Shown here piece after piece: positions 9,369 to 19,560 of a stretch of 64,000 bases of DNA (its first letter is position 1; the number at the start of each line of letters is the position of its first letter). The stretch is from Nitrosopumilus sp. (GTDB taxonomy: Archaea; Thermoproteota; Nitrososphaeria; Nitrososphaerales; Nitrosopumilaceae), in the NCBI GenBank assembly GCA_963667665.2, contig OY763927.2, positions 416,001 to 480,000 on the forward strand, given 5' to 3'. The notes under the pieces are model-generated. The model ran no database searches and was not told the origin of the DNA. It saw only the letters and a list, made by a program, of their open reading frames with translations. Made by a program: the position numbers and the translations under genes.

Positions 9369-10580
9369 GTGACAATCAAACTTGGATTAATTGGAAAAAC
9401 AAATACTGGAAAGACAACCTTCTTTAATTCTGCTACATTGTCTTCTGAAGAAATTTCATCTTATCCTTTTACTACAACAAAACCTGTGACAGGTACAGCA
9501 CATGCAATAACACTTTGTGTTCATCCAGAATTTAAAATTCAGGATAATCCTAATAACTCCAAATGTGTTGAAGGATGGAGATACATTCCAATTGAATTGA
9601 TAGATTTGCCTGGGCTCATCAAGGATGCATGGAAAGGTAAAGGACTTGGAAATCAATTTTTGTCCATTGCTGCACAATCTGATGCACTACTTCATGTGGT
9701 TGATGCTTCTGGTGGAATTGATTCAACTGGGAAAATTAGCGAAGTTGGAACTGGTGATCCTATTTCTGATTTTGCAGATATAGAAGAAGAATTAATCATG
9801 TGGTATCATAAAATTTTAGAAGGAAATAGAGATAAGGTATCAAAATTAATCAGAACTGGTTCTAATATTATAGATGCAATCACTAATCTCTATCGTGGTG
9901 TTGGTGTAAACAAAACTCATGTTAAAGAAACACTTTTGGCAACTAAACTTGAAGAAAAAGATTTTGATGATTTTGATATGGTTGATAGCAAAAAATTTTC
10001 ATCATATCTAAGAAAACTCTCAAAACCCACCTTAATTGTAGCAAATAAAATTGATGTTGAAGGTGCGGACAAAAATTTTGCTCGACTAAGAGAGAGATAT
10101 AATGACTCTATTGTTATTCCTGTTAGTGGTGATAGTGAATTTAGTCTCAGACGTGCAGAACAAAAAGGATTGATAAAATATTCTCCTGGCTCTGAACAAT
10201 TTGAAATAATTAAATCAGATGAACTAAATGAAAAACAAACCAATGCGCTAAACTTTATTGAAAAAGGAATTATGGGTGAATATATGCGAACTGGAGTTCA
10301 ATTTGCAATTAATGTTGCAGTCTTTAAACTACTTAAGATGAATTCAATTTATCCTGTTGCAAATGAGACAAATCTTTCTGATAAAAAGGGAAGAATACTT
10401 CCTGATTTAATTCTGTTAAAAGATGGGGCTACAGTAAATGATCTCGCAAAAGAAATTCACTCTGATTTGACTAAAGGTCTTCTTTATGGAAAAGATTTGA
10501 GAAATAATTTGAGACTACCAATTGATTATCAACTAAGAGATAGGGATGTTGTGTCTCTAATTAGTGCCGCAAAAAAATAA
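9369..10580 (+). CDS. ychF: YchF/OLA1-family (Obg) GTPase with TGS domain
   Basis: GKTNTGKTT, YPFTT, DLPG, GLGNQFL, NKID, C-terminal TGS. Confidence 0.93.
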   Translation: MTIKLGLIGKTNTGKTTFFNSATLSSEEISSYPFTTTKPVTGTAHAITLCVHPEFKIQDNPNNSKCVEGWRYIPIELIDLPGLIKDAWKGKGLGNQFLSIAAQSDALLHVVDASGGIDSTGKISEVGTGDPISDFADIEEELIMWYHKILEGNRDKVSKLIRTGSNIIDAITNLYRGVGVNKTHVKETLLATKLEEKDFDDFDMVDSKKFSSYLRKLSKPTLIVANKIDVEGADKNFARLRERYNDSIVIPVSGDSEFSLRRAEQKGLIKYSPGSEQFEIIKSDELNEKQTNALNFIEKGIMGEYMRTGVQFAINVAVFKLLKMNSIYPVANETNLSDKKGRILPDLILLKDGATVNDLAKEIHSDLTKGLLYGKDLRNNLRLPIDYQLRDRDVVSLISAAKK

Positions 10581-10584
10581 TTAA

Positions 10585-10677
10585 TTACTGTACTTCTTTC
10601 TTTAATTTTGCTAAAACATCGTTAGTCATTTTTAACAAACTATCCATTTGCTGGTCTATTGCAAAACTCATTGCCAT
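10585..10677 (-). CDS. 30-aa microprotein with KMTNDV motif
   Basis: MAMSFAIDQQMDSLLKMTNDVLAKLKKEVQ*; TATA-like CTATAT about 28 nt upstream; motif shared with the 46575 and 62702 ORFs. Confidence 0.55.
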   Translation of the reverse strand: MAMSFAIDQQMDSLLKMTNDVLAKLKKEVQ

Positions 10678-10764
10678 ACAATGTTATTTCCAGAAGTGGA
10701 TATAGCAGGTAGTATGTTATTTTGTGTAACAATCTATATTTTTGAGCCTATAATGAGTTTTTAA

Positions 10765-11685
10765 TCAAATATTTGAAAATGACTCTTCAGAGACATGAAT
10801 GGCTTCAAAATTATCTGGCTGGATGATTTTAGCAAGTATTTCCAATCCTTCTATAGTTCTAATACTTGGTTTGCTGAAAAATGAATTTGCATCAACTGCA
10901 AAAATTTTATTATTTTTTACAGCCTTTAAAGAATTCCATATTTTATTTTCTTTTAGAATGTTGTTGTATTCTAAAATTGTACGTTTTGTATCAAAGCCAC
11001 AAGGCATCATGATGATGATATCCGGATCAGATTTGATAACTTCTTGAAAGTCTAGACGTCTTGAATGTTCTCCAATTTTACTTATCATGTTAATTCCCCC
11101 TGCAATTTGTATCATTTCTGGAATCCAATGACCTGCAGTAAAAAATGGCTCAATCCATTCAATTGCAAGAACCTTAGGTTTTTTATCATTCTCTATTTTT
11201 TTTATATTATGAATTCTTTTTTCAAGTGAATTAATGATCTCTTTTGCTTTCATTTCATTTCCTAAAATTTTTCCCAACTCTGTAACTGAATTTATTATTT
11301 CATTCAAGTTATGTGGGTCCATTGAATATAGCATTGGCTTCTTTTGAAGAATCTGCAATGCTTTATTGACTTGATTTGTATATGCTGCACATACTTCACA
11401 TGTTTCTTGTGAAATAATTAGATCCGGATTAGATTCTATAAGATTTTTTTCATTTAAAATAAAAATATCTTTTTTATCATTTAATAACTGACAAGTCATT
11501 GTGTCAATTTCTTTACTGGTTAATTCATCTGAATTAATTACAGAATCTATAATTTTTGGTTTTGAAGTTGCATCTTGTGGGTATTTGCATTCATGTGTTA
11601 CACCATAAAGATTGTCTTGGACTCCAAACTCGTAAAGCAATTCTGTCGCACTAGGCAAAAAAGAGACTATTCTCTTAATTGACAT
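10765..11685 (-). CDS. BtuF-like cobalamin/siderophore-binding protein without signal peptide
   Basis: RIVSFLPSATE, GVTHEC, PDLIISQ..CEVC, AGHWIPEM, WNSLKAVKN, FSKPSIR. Confidence 0.85.
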   Translation of the reverse strand: MSIKRIVSFLPSATELLYEFGVQDNLYGVTHECKYPQDATSKPKIIDSVINSDELTSKEIDTMTCQLLNDKKDIFILNEKNLIESNPDLIISQETCEVCAAYTNQVNKALQILQKKPMLYSMDPHNLNEIINSVTELGKILGNEMKAKEIINSLEKRIHNIKKIENDKKPKVLAIEWIEPFFTAGHWIPEMIQIAGGINMISKIGEHSRRLDFQEVIKSDPDIIIMMPCGFDTKRTILEYNNILKENKIWNSLKAVKNNKIFAVDANSFFSKPSIRTIEGLEILAKIIQPDNFEAIHVSEESFSNI

Positions 11686-11784
11686 GTTGTTTTGAACTGT
11701 GTTGATCCTTAAACATCATACGTTAACTAATCGTCAAAATCTTTGATTAGGCAAGTTAATAGGCATAATTTAGGCACAAAAAAC

Positions 11785-12942
11785 ATGTCTTCTGATTCTC
11801 AAGATATACGACGTGCAATTTTGGCAAAATGGCACGAGTCTCTTTCAAAATATGGGAATCTATTTTCTTCTGATTCATTAAGTGGTACTAGCCCCCCATC
11901 TGTTTTTGTTGGTTCTTATGATTATCCCAAAGTCTTTGTTGGTCCAATGGTTCCACCAATTCATGGTGATACCAGTCTACTTGACAGTCCTGAAAAATGG
12001 AAAGGTAAATCTCTTGAAGAAATTGTTAATTTTAGATTAAACTTGATTCGTGGAATACAGAAAATTTCTATAACTCAAACAGATGGACGATACATTGAAA
12101 ATCTTCAAGAGGTAACAATGTCATCAAAGCCTACAGATTCTGATTTAATTTTTCATAAAGCTACATCTCCAAGTGTGTCCCTTGATGGTGAAAGTGCCCC
12201 ATTTGGTCCAATCGGTGAAATAAAATCCGCTAAATTTTCTGGAACTTCTTCTGTCAAATCAATTGAAAAAATATTTTATGATAAAGATTTGAAAGCACAA
12301 GATGCAGTTTTGAATTTATATAATTCTGGAATTGAAATTTCTAAAATTCAAAAATGTTTTAGTATTGGAATGCTTGGGCAAAAAAGAAAACTAGTTCCAA
12401 CAAAATGGAGCATAACTGCAACTGATGATATTATTTCTAAATCTCTTACAGATGAAATTTTAGATTATAATTTAATTGATTCATGTAGAGTTTTTTCATA
12501 TGAACATCTAGGAAATGTTTTCTCAATTGTCTTGTTTCCTCACAGGTGGATATATGAAATGATTGAAGCCTGGTATTCAAATGGAATTTTGGGATTTGGG
12601 TCTGACTCTGAGGACGCTCGTGGGATTAATCATCCTCCTGCTATTGCTGGTGCTTATTTTGCAGCCAAATTGGGTGTTGTAGAATATTTGTCTGAAAAGA
12701 AAATTCAAGCCGGAGTTGTAATTCTTAGAGAAATTAGGCCAGAATATGCTATTCCTGTTGGTGTATGGCAAGTTCGTGAAGGAATTCGTGAGGCAATGAA
12801 GCAAAAACCTGCAATATCTAATACCTTTGATCAAGCACTCCTTTTGGCATCAAATAAGATGAGTATCAGTAAATCTGAATGGCTTTCACATGGAAAAATC
12901 TCACAAATTATTAGACAAAAAACTCTGTCTGATTTCTTTTAG
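11785..12942 (+). CDS. nreA: Nre-family DNA repair protein
   Basis: SPPSVFVG..YPKV, LVPTKWSITATD, PVGVWQVRE, C-terminal PIP box QKTLSDFF. Confidence 0.9.
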   Translation: MSSDSQDIRRAILAKWHESLSKYGNLFSSDSLSGTSPPSVFVGSYDYPKVFVGPMVPPIHGDTSLLDSPEKWKGKSLEEIVNFRLNLIRGIQKISITQTDGRYIENLQEVTMSSKPTDSDLIFHKATSPSVSLDGESAPFGPIGEIKSAKFSGTSSVKSIEKIFYDKDLKAQDAVLNLYNSGIEISKIQKCFSIGMLGQKRKLVPTKWSITATDDIISKSLTDEILDYNLIDSCRVFSYEHLGNVFSIVLFPHRWIYEMIEAWYSNGILGFGSDSEDARGINHPPAIAGAYFAAKLGVVEYLSEKKIQAGVVILREIRPEYAIPVGVWQVREGIREAMKQKPAISNTFDQALLLASNKMSISKSEWLSHGKISQIIRQKTLSDFF

Positions 12943-12967
12943 TTTTTAACAAAAAATTTGATGGTGT

Positions 12968-13249
12968 TTATGCCATCTCTGTAGCAACTTGTTTTTTTGC
13001 ACGTCTTTTTTTGATCAAACTAAACATTATCATTCCAACATTAATTATTGAAATAATTTCAATCAGGTCTACTCCGTACAAGAACCAATCAATTACTGGA
13101 TGAATTCTAGATACAATTCCTGCTTCTAACATTATATCTGCGTTCCATATCATATGTGGAATTTGAATGAATTGTATTATTGCAATAATTACTATACTTC
13201 CTAGAATTTTATTTTCATACCATAGCCAAAATTTATTCCATGCATTCAT
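12968..13249 (-). CDS. Small two-TM membrane protein
   Basis: Two hydrophobic segments and a basic tail. Confidence 0.7.
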   Translation of the reverse strand: MNAWNKFWLWYENKILGSIVIIAIIQFIQIPHMIWNADIMLEAGIVSRIHPVIDWFLYGVDLIEIISIINVGMIMFSLIKKRRAKKQVATEMA

Positions 13250-13362
13250 GTATTATGTTGCTGAATAATTCTATTAAACACTACGAAAATTAGACACAAC
13301 TAATTAGATTCACCTAATTTTTTTGGGCTCAAAAATAATTAGTTTGAACTAATTAGTACAAA

Positions 13363-14751
13363 CTAATTTTCAGCTTTAATGTTTTCTTTTTTCATCCAGA
13401 TTGTTTTTTCTTTATGATCAATTAATTCTATATTCATCTCATTTAGTTTGTCTCTAATTTTATCTGCATCTTCAAATTGTTTTTCTTTTCTAAATTGTTC
13501 TCTATTTTTAATTAGATTGTCTATCTTTTTTTTTTTATTTTCTGTCATTACTGGAATGCTTAATCCCAAAATATCTAACATTCTTTGTAATTCTATTTTG
13601 ATAATTTGTGCATCTTCTTTTCCAAGTTTTTCTTCAGCTGCTAATCTGTTTGCTTCTTTGACTAGTCGGAAAAAAGATGACAATGCAAGATGTGTGTTAA
13701 AATCACTTTCCAACGAATTATCAAATTCAGTACTAGCCTTTTGGATTATTTGATTGACATCTTCACGATTTTCACTATCTGCATGAATTAGTTCATAGTA
13801 GCATGTCTCAACTTGCCTCCACTTAATGAGATTTTCATTTAACAACTCTTCTGAATAATCAATTGGTTTTGAATAATGTCCTGATAGACAGAATAATCTG
13901 ATGATATTAGATCCCCAATTCTCTAAAACATGTTTAACTGATTTTATGTTTCCAAGGGATTTTGACATCTTTTCTCCACTAATTGTTACCATTCCTACAT
14001 GCATCCAAATTTTTGCAAATGTAGAATCTGTGTGAGACTCTGACTGTGCAATCTCGTTTTCATGATGAGGAAATATCAGGTCTCTTCCGCCACCATGAAT
14101 CTCAAAGTTTTCTCCAAGATACTTTATACTCATTGCGGAGCATTCTATGTGCCATCCAGGTCTCCCTTTTCCCCATGGGCTATCCCACACAGGTTTTGTA
14201 TCTGAGAATTTCCACACTGCAAAATCTAATGGATCATTTTTTGTTTCATCCACTTCAATTCTTGCCCCTGATTGAAGTTCATCTATTTTCTTTTTTGATA
14301 ATTTTCCATATTCTGGAAATTTTGATATTGAGAAATAGACACCATTTTTAGAAATATATGCAATTTGTTTTTCAACCAGTTTTTCAATAAATTTGATGAT
14401 ATCTTCAATATGCTCTGTGGCTTTAGGATAGTTTGTTGCACGTTTTACATTTAATCCATCAAAATCTCTGAAATAATTCTCAATGTATTTTGTGCTGATT
14501 TTTTCTGCAGTTGTGTTATCTGATTGTGCACGATTGATGATTTTGTCATCTACATCAGTAAAATTTTGAATAAAATCAATTTCTGCTCCTTTTCTCTCTA
14601 GATATTTTCTTAATACATCAAAAACTATGATGGTTCTTGCATGTCCAATGTGAGATTCGTCATAAACTGTCACCCCACATAGATAAATTCTGACTTTTTT
14701 TGAAATGTCTAATTCTTGCTCTGAATTTGATAACGTATCTTGAAGTTTCAT
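13363..14751 (-). CDS. cysS: Cysteinyl-tRNA synthetase
   Basis: CGVTVYD, HIGH, GRPGWHIECS, FPHHENE, KMSKS. Confidence 0.98.
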   Translation of the reverse strand: MKLQDTLSNSEQELDISKKVRIYLCGVTVYDESHIGHARTIIVFDVLRKYLERKGAEIDFIQNFTDVDDKIINRAQSDNTTAEKISTKYIENYFRDFDGLNVKRATNYPKATEHIEDIIKFIEKLVEKQIAYISKNGVYFSISKFPEYGKLSKKKIDELQSGARIEVDETKNDPLDFAVWKFSDTKPVWDSPWGKGRPGWHIECSAMSIKYLGENFEIHGGGRDLIFPHHENEIAQSESHTDSTFAKIWMHVGMVTISGEKMSKSLGNIKSVKHVLENWGSNIIRLFCLSGHYSKPIDYSEELLNENLIKWRQVETCYYELIHADSENREDVNQIIQKASTEFDNSLESDFNTHLALSSFFRLVKEANRLAAEEKLGKEDAQIIKIELQRMLDILGLSIPVMTENKKKKIDNLIKNREQFRKEKQFEDADKIRDKLNEMNIELIDHKEKTIWMKKENIKAEN

Positions 14752-14753
14752 TC

Positions 14754-15542
14754 TTATTCTCTATCTGGTTTTTGTGCTTGCAATCTTTTATGTTCGCTGT
14801 TTATGTTTAATTTGTGGACTTTATCTACAATTGAGTTTTCAATTTGAGTTATTTTTACTGTTTCATCAATAGATAATTTTTTGTCACATAAACAATACAG
14901 TATAGAATCTATTTTCTCATATGATACACCTAGTTCTTCTGCTGCGTCATGCTCTTTCCATAAATGTGGACTACTCTTTTTTGAAATAATTTTATCTGGC
15001 ACTCCAAGATACTTTGCAATTTCTCTTACTTGGAGTTTGTATAGAGATATAATTGGAGTAATATCTGATGCACCATCTCCAAATTTTGTGAAATAACCAA
15101 TTAGGTTTTCACTTTTGTCACTTGATCCTAAAACTAGATAGTTTTTGACATTTGCATAGTAATACAAAATATTAGTTCTAATTCTTGCACGAAGATTCCC
15201 TTTGGCTTTTTCATTTGGTTCAAGATACATGGAGTATTCATTTACAATTGGTTTGATATCGATTAATTTGTATTCTATTCCTGTTAATGAAATCATTTTG
15301 AGAGCATCTTCAGTTTCTAATGGTGTGATGGACGTATCTGGCATTATAATTGCTAGTGTCTTTTCTTTTAGTTTTCTTTTACAGATATAAGCTAAAACTG
15401 CTGAATCAATTCCTCCACTTAATCCTAAAATGATTCCTTTTGCATTATTTTTTTCTATTTGTTCTGATAAGAATTTCTCAATTGTTTCAGTAATTGAAGC
15501 ATAGTCGATATTTTTTATCTCATTAATGATATCTTGATTCAA
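14754..15542 (-). CDS. nadE: NH3-dependent NAD+ synthetase
   Basis: LGLSGGIDS, GNLRARIR, GYFTKFGDG. Confidence 0.96.
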   Translation of the reverse strand: MNQDIINEIKNIDYASITETIEKFLSEQIEKNNAKGIILGLSGGIDSAVLAYICKRKLKEKTLAIIMPDTSITPLETEDALKMISLTGIEYKLIDIKPIVNEYSMYLEPNEKAKGNLRARIRTNILYYYANVKNYLVLGSSDKSENLIGYFTKFGDGASDITPIISLYKLQVREIAKYLGVPDKIISKKSSPHLWKEHDAAEELGVSYEKIDSILYCLCDKKLSIDETVKITQIENSIVDKVHKLNINSEHKRLQAQKPDRE

Positions 15543-15633
15543 TAATTAATTTGAAGAATATATGAATAAAAATTATGCCTAATTTTGATTCTAAATAAGT
15601 TCATTTTGAACACACATTATTCCTTATACTAAT

Positions 15634-15690
15634 TTGACATACAAAAATTACAGAATAATCTGTGCCCAACATAACCCATACCTAGCATAA
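15634..15690 (+). CDS. Possible 18-aa micropeptide
   Basis: TTG-initiated MTYKNYRIICAQHNPYLA* immediately followed by a strong hairpin. Confidence 0.3.
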   Translation: MTYKNYRIICAQHNPYLA

Positions 15691-15719
15691 GGGGAGGGAA
15701 ATTTGTCCCTTCTCTTTTT
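15689..15719 (+). terminator. GC-rich hairpin with T-tract
   Basis: AAGGGGAGGGA-aatttg-TCCCTTCTCTT, 11-bp stem with two G-U pairs, running into Ts. Confidence 0.6.
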
Positions 15720-15775
15720 GCATTTAATTTTTAGAATTTTTACTATTGTAAATTATCTAGAATCATTCACTACTT

Positions 15776-16078
15776 TTAGATATCCACGTAAATGCCATCA
15801 TCTCTTGACTCTACAGAATATGTTCCCAGTTTGACATCTTTTAGATAGTCATTAAGTTGACCTGTTTTGATATTGTAATGCCAAAAGTGTAATGGGCATT
15901 CTATAATATCTCCGTCTAATTTCCCACCAGCAATTGAGCCATCTTGATGAACACAAAGATCATCTAATGCATGAAAACCATCTTGATTGAATATTGCAAT
16001 TTGTTTTCCCTCAATCTTGAAGGCTTTGCCCTTTCCTGCAGCAATTTCTCCCTTATCTGCAATTTTCTTCCAAGTCAA
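15776..16078 (-). CDS. Rieske [2Fe-2S] ferredoxin
   Basis: CVH and CPLH ligand motifs; likely TTG start at 16078. Confidence 0.92.
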   Translation of the reverse strand: MTWKKIADKGEIAAGKGKAFKIEGKQIAIFNQDGFHALDDLCVHQDGSIAGGKLDGDIIECPLHFWHYNIKTGQLNDYLKDVKLGTYSVESRDDGIYVDI

Positions 16079-16153
16079 TAATTTTGCGATACATTTCTCA
16101 TTTATTATTATTCGCATGATAGGATTTTATAGCCTAATTCAAGAATTTGTTCA

Positions 16154-17395
16154 TTGAGTAAAGTAAAGTCTAGTCCAAAATTAATCAAAGAAGGTAAATT
16201 GTCTTACGAGTGGGCTAGATCCCATATGCAAATTCTAGATAATACTATTAATCGGCATAAAAAGTCAAAACCTCTAAAGGGCATCACACTTGGTTTTTGC
16301 TTACACATTACAAAAGAGACTTCAGTTTTATTAATTGGGGCTAAAGAACTAGGTGCCACTGTTGCATGTTGTGGTGGCAATCCATTAACTACACAGGATA
16401 GTATTTCTGCATTTTTGGTATCTCAAGGAATCCATGTATATGCATGGCATGGTCAATCAGTCAAAGATTATGATTGGTGTATTGATCAAGTATTGAAACA
16501 CAAACCAACCATTCTAACTGATGATGGTGCTGATATGAATATCAAAGCTCATTTTGATAAAAGATTCAAGAACCTGAAGATCCTTGGGGCAACTGAAGAA
16601 ACGACTGCTGGTGTTACTCGAATTCGAGCTGTAGAGAATCAAGGAAAACTTCGATATCCTGTAATTTTAGTTAATGAAGCATATACAAAACACATGTTTG
16701 ATAATCGATATGGTACAGGACAAAGTACTGTTGATGGGTATCTTCGTGCCATGAATTTGCTTATGGCATCAAAACGTGTGGTGATAGTTGGATATGGTTG
16801 GGTTGGACGTGGTGTTGCATCAAGATTTCATGGAATGGGTTCAAAAATAATTGTCACTGAGATAGATCCAATTAAAGCTCTTGAAGCTCATATGGATGGA
16901 TTTGAAGTAATGCCAATGGCACAAGCTGCAAAGATTGGTGATATCTTCATTACATGTACTGGAATGACTAGTGTAATTAGAAAAGAACACATCCTACAAA
17001 TGAAAGACGGTGCCATTATGGGAAATGTCGGTCACTTTGATGTAGAAATTGACAGTGCATTCTTACTAAAGAAATCAAAATCTGTTAAAGAAGTAAGGCC
17101 AAATCTTGATGAATGTATTTTGAAAAATGGGAAAAGAGTCTATCTAATTGGTGAGGGACGACTCGCAAACTTAGTTGCAGCAGAAGGACACCCTCCAGAA
17201 GTTATGGCACAATCCTTCTCAAATCAAATTCTATCTGTTTTGTATATTCTCAAAAATCACAAACAAATGGAAAATAAAATCATCGATGTTCCAGAAGCTA
17301 TTGATAAACAAGTTGCAGTTGATGCTCTAAAGGCAATGGATGTTAAAATCGATAAACTTACTGCTGAACAAGTAAAGTATGCTAACAGCTGGTAA
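16154..17395 (+). CDS. ahcY: S-adenosylhomocysteine hydrolase
   Basis: EETTAG, KHMFDNRYGTGQS, GYGWVGRG, GHFDVEI, GRLANL, GHP. Confidence 0.98.
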   Translation: MSKVKSSPKLIKEGKLSYEWARSHMQILDNTINRHKKSKPLKGITLGFCLHITKETSVLLIGAKELGATVACCGGNPLTTQDSISAFLVSQGIHVYAWHGQSVKDYDWCIDQVLKHKPTILTDDGADMNIKAHFDKRFKNLKILGATEETTAGVTRIRAVENQGKLRYPVILVNEAYTKHMFDNRYGTGQSTVDGYLRAMNLLMASKRVVIVGYGWVGRGVASRFHGMGSKIIVTEIDPIKALEAHMDGFEVMPMAQAAKIGDIFITCTGMTSVIRKEHILQMKDGAIMGNVGHFDVEIDSAFLLKKSKSVKEVRPNLDECILKNGKRVYLIGEGRLANLVAAEGHPPEVMAQSFSNQILSVLYILKNHKQMENKIIDVPEAIDKQVAVDALKAMDVKIDKLTAEQVKYANSW

Positions 17396-17464
17396 TTCTC
17401 TAAGCTAATTTTTTAGCAAATCAGCTAACGATATTATATGTATTATTTTTTTTTAAATAATTTT

Positions 17465-17743
17465 ATGGCTTTGTGTGAATGTATTTTATCTGATACTACT
17501 CTGGAACACATCCTAATTCTTCAAAAAATTCTTCAAAAGAGCTCTTCTATGTGTGGTAGATCTGAAACTGTAGAGATTTTATTGAAATACATTGTTTCAA
17601 ATGTTTATGATATCCCTGTAAATGATCTTATTCTTATCGATGATTATTTTTCAGCACATCCTTCATTTCTACATGCATTTTATAATGACTTTATGGTATC
17701 TGCTACTTTTGTCTCAAATCCCTATTTTCAAAATAATCGTTGA
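17465..17743 (+). CDS. Hypothetical protein
   Basis: 92-aa ORF from ATG 17465; TGATG-coupled to a downstream zinc-finger ORF. Confidence 0.55.
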   Translation: MALCECILSDTTLEHILILQKILQKSSSMCGRSETVEILLKYIVSNVYDIPVNDLILIDDYFSAHPSFLHAFYNDFMVSATFVSNPYFQNNR

Positions 17744-17859
17744 TGATAAAATTGTTAGATAATTTCTTCAAGGGTAATGGAAATCGTCTGATAACTTGCG
17801 GGTGTTGTTCAGAAACAATACCTATCAAATACATTGAACGACACTTACTAGCGCATTAG
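17743..17859 (+). CDS. 38-aa C2H2 zinc-finger microprotein
   Basis: MIKLLDNFFKGNGNRLITCGCCSETIPIKYIERHLLAH*; CxxC..HxxxH; start overlaps upstream TGA. Confidence 0.6.
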   Translation: MIKLLDNFFKGNGNRLITCGCCSETIPIKYIERHLLAH

Positions 17860-17902
17860 TCTAAAACTTCTTAACCTCAATATTGTTCTTGAGCAATATC
17901 AA

Positions 17903-19558
17903 ATGAACAACAAAGCTATCATTACAAGTGCATTACCTTATGCAAATGGAGAGATCCATTTGGGTCATGTTGCATCAACGTATCTTCCTGCAGATGTCAC
18001 TACCAGATTTTTAAAACTTAATGGCGTGGAGGCATACTATGTTTGTGCATCTGATGATTTTGGAACTCCTATCTTAATTCAATCAGAAAAAGAAGGTAAA
18101 ACTCCTGCTGAATATGTTGCTCATTGGAACAAGCGTGATTATGAAGATTTTACCGCATTTAATATAGAATTTGATTATTTTTACAAGACTAGCTCTTCTG
18201 AAAATATAGAATTTGTTCAGGATGTCTTCAAAAAACTAAATGATGCAGGACACATCTATGAGAAAGAAATTATCCAATTCTATTGTAATAATGATAAAAA
18301 ATTCTTACCTGACAGATACGTCAAAGGTATATGTCCTTATTGTAATGCAGAAGATCAATACTCTGATCTTTGTGAAAGTTGTAGTCGTGTTCCTGATGAA
18401 ATTAGAAATCCTAAATGCTCTCTTTGTGGTCAACCTCCAACTAAAGAAAAAACAAATCACTATTTTTTCAAACTCAAAAATTTTGAAGATTCTTTATCTA
18501 AATGGCTAGATGAAAATGAACATCTCCAAAAAGATGTCAAAAAATATGTTCAAAATTGGATAAAGTCTGGTTTAATTGATTGGGATATCACTCGAGATAT
18601 CTCTTGGGGTGTTCCAGTACCACTTGATAATGCCAAAGACAAAGTCTTCTATGGATGGTTTGATAACCATTTAGCATACATTTCAACTGCAGTAAAATTC
18701 CTAAACGAAAAAGGAATTGATGGAAAAGAATTTTGGAATTCTGCTGACATTTATCATTTTATTGGAAAAGATATTGTGTATCATCATTTTCTTTTCTTAC
18801 CTGCAATGCGATTGGGAATAAATAGTGAGTACAAATTACCTGATTACATTCCAACTAGAGGTCATCTTACACTTCAAGCAAAGAAAATTTCTAAAAGCAG
18901 AAATTGGTATATTGGCCTAAAAGAATTTTTAGAATATTATCCTGCAGATTATCTTAGATATTATTTGGTATCGATTAATCCATATTCTCAGGATGATTTG
19001 AATTTTGATTGGAATGATTTTACTACCAGAATCAATTCTGAATTGATTGGAAATCTTGGCAACTTTGTTAATCGTGCTTTAGGATTTACCAAAAAAGCAT
19101 TTGATGGAAAAATTCCTGAAACTGAATCCTTTGATGAGAATGACTCTGCAGCAGAGCAAAAGATCAAAACTCTTGCAACTGATGTAGGCTCTCTTATGGA
19201 ACAAAATCATCTTGATAGGGCTTTGAAGAAAGTAATGGAGTTTTCATCATTTTTTAACCAATATTTTCAACATAAGGAACCTTGGAAAAATGGTCCTGGA
19301 ACTACAAATTGTGTATATCTTTCAGTTAATGCTGTTAGAAGCATAGCAATTGTACTATTCCCATTTCTTCCAGAATCTGCTCAAAAAATTTGGAATCAAT
19401 TAGGTCTTGATGGTAATGTCAATGAATTTTCTTGGAATGATATTTCTGTTTTAGGTATTTCTTCTGGTCATACATTAGGTGATGTGTCTCCTTTGTTTGC
19501 AAAAGTAGAAGAATCTGATATTGCAAAATATAAAAAACTACTAGGACCATCTGAGTAA
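17903..19558 (+). CDS. metG: Methionyl-tRNA synthetase
   Basis: ALPYANG.IHLGH, zinc knuckles, FIGKDI, KISKS. Confidence 0.98.
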   Translation: MNNKAIITSALPYANGEIHLGHVASTYLPADVTTRFLKLNGVEAYYVCASDDFGTPILIQSEKEGKTPAEYVAHWNKRDYEDFTAFNIEFDYFYKTSSSENIEFVQDVFKKLNDAGHIYEKEIIQFYCNNDKKFLPDRYVKGICPYCNAEDQYSDLCESCSRVPDEIRNPKCSLCGQPPTKEKTNHYFFKLKNFEDSLSKWLDENEHLQKDVKKYVQNWIKSGLIDWDITRDISWGVPVPLDNAKDKVFYGWFDNHLAYISTAVKFLNEKGIDGKEFWNSADIYHFIGKDIVYHHFLFLPAMRLGINSEYKLPDYIPTRGHLTLQAKKISKSRNWYIGLKEFLEYYPADYLRYYLVSINPYSQDDLNFDWNDFTTRINSELIGNLGNFVNRALGFTKKAFDGKIPETESFDENDSAAEQKIKTLATDVGSLMEQNHLDRALKKVMEFSSFFNQYFQHKEPWKNGPGTTNCVYLSVNAVRSIAIVLFPFLPESAQKIWNQLGLDGNVNEFSWNDISVLGISSGHTLGDVSPLFAKVEESDIAKYKKLLGPSE

Positions 19559-19560
19559 AA

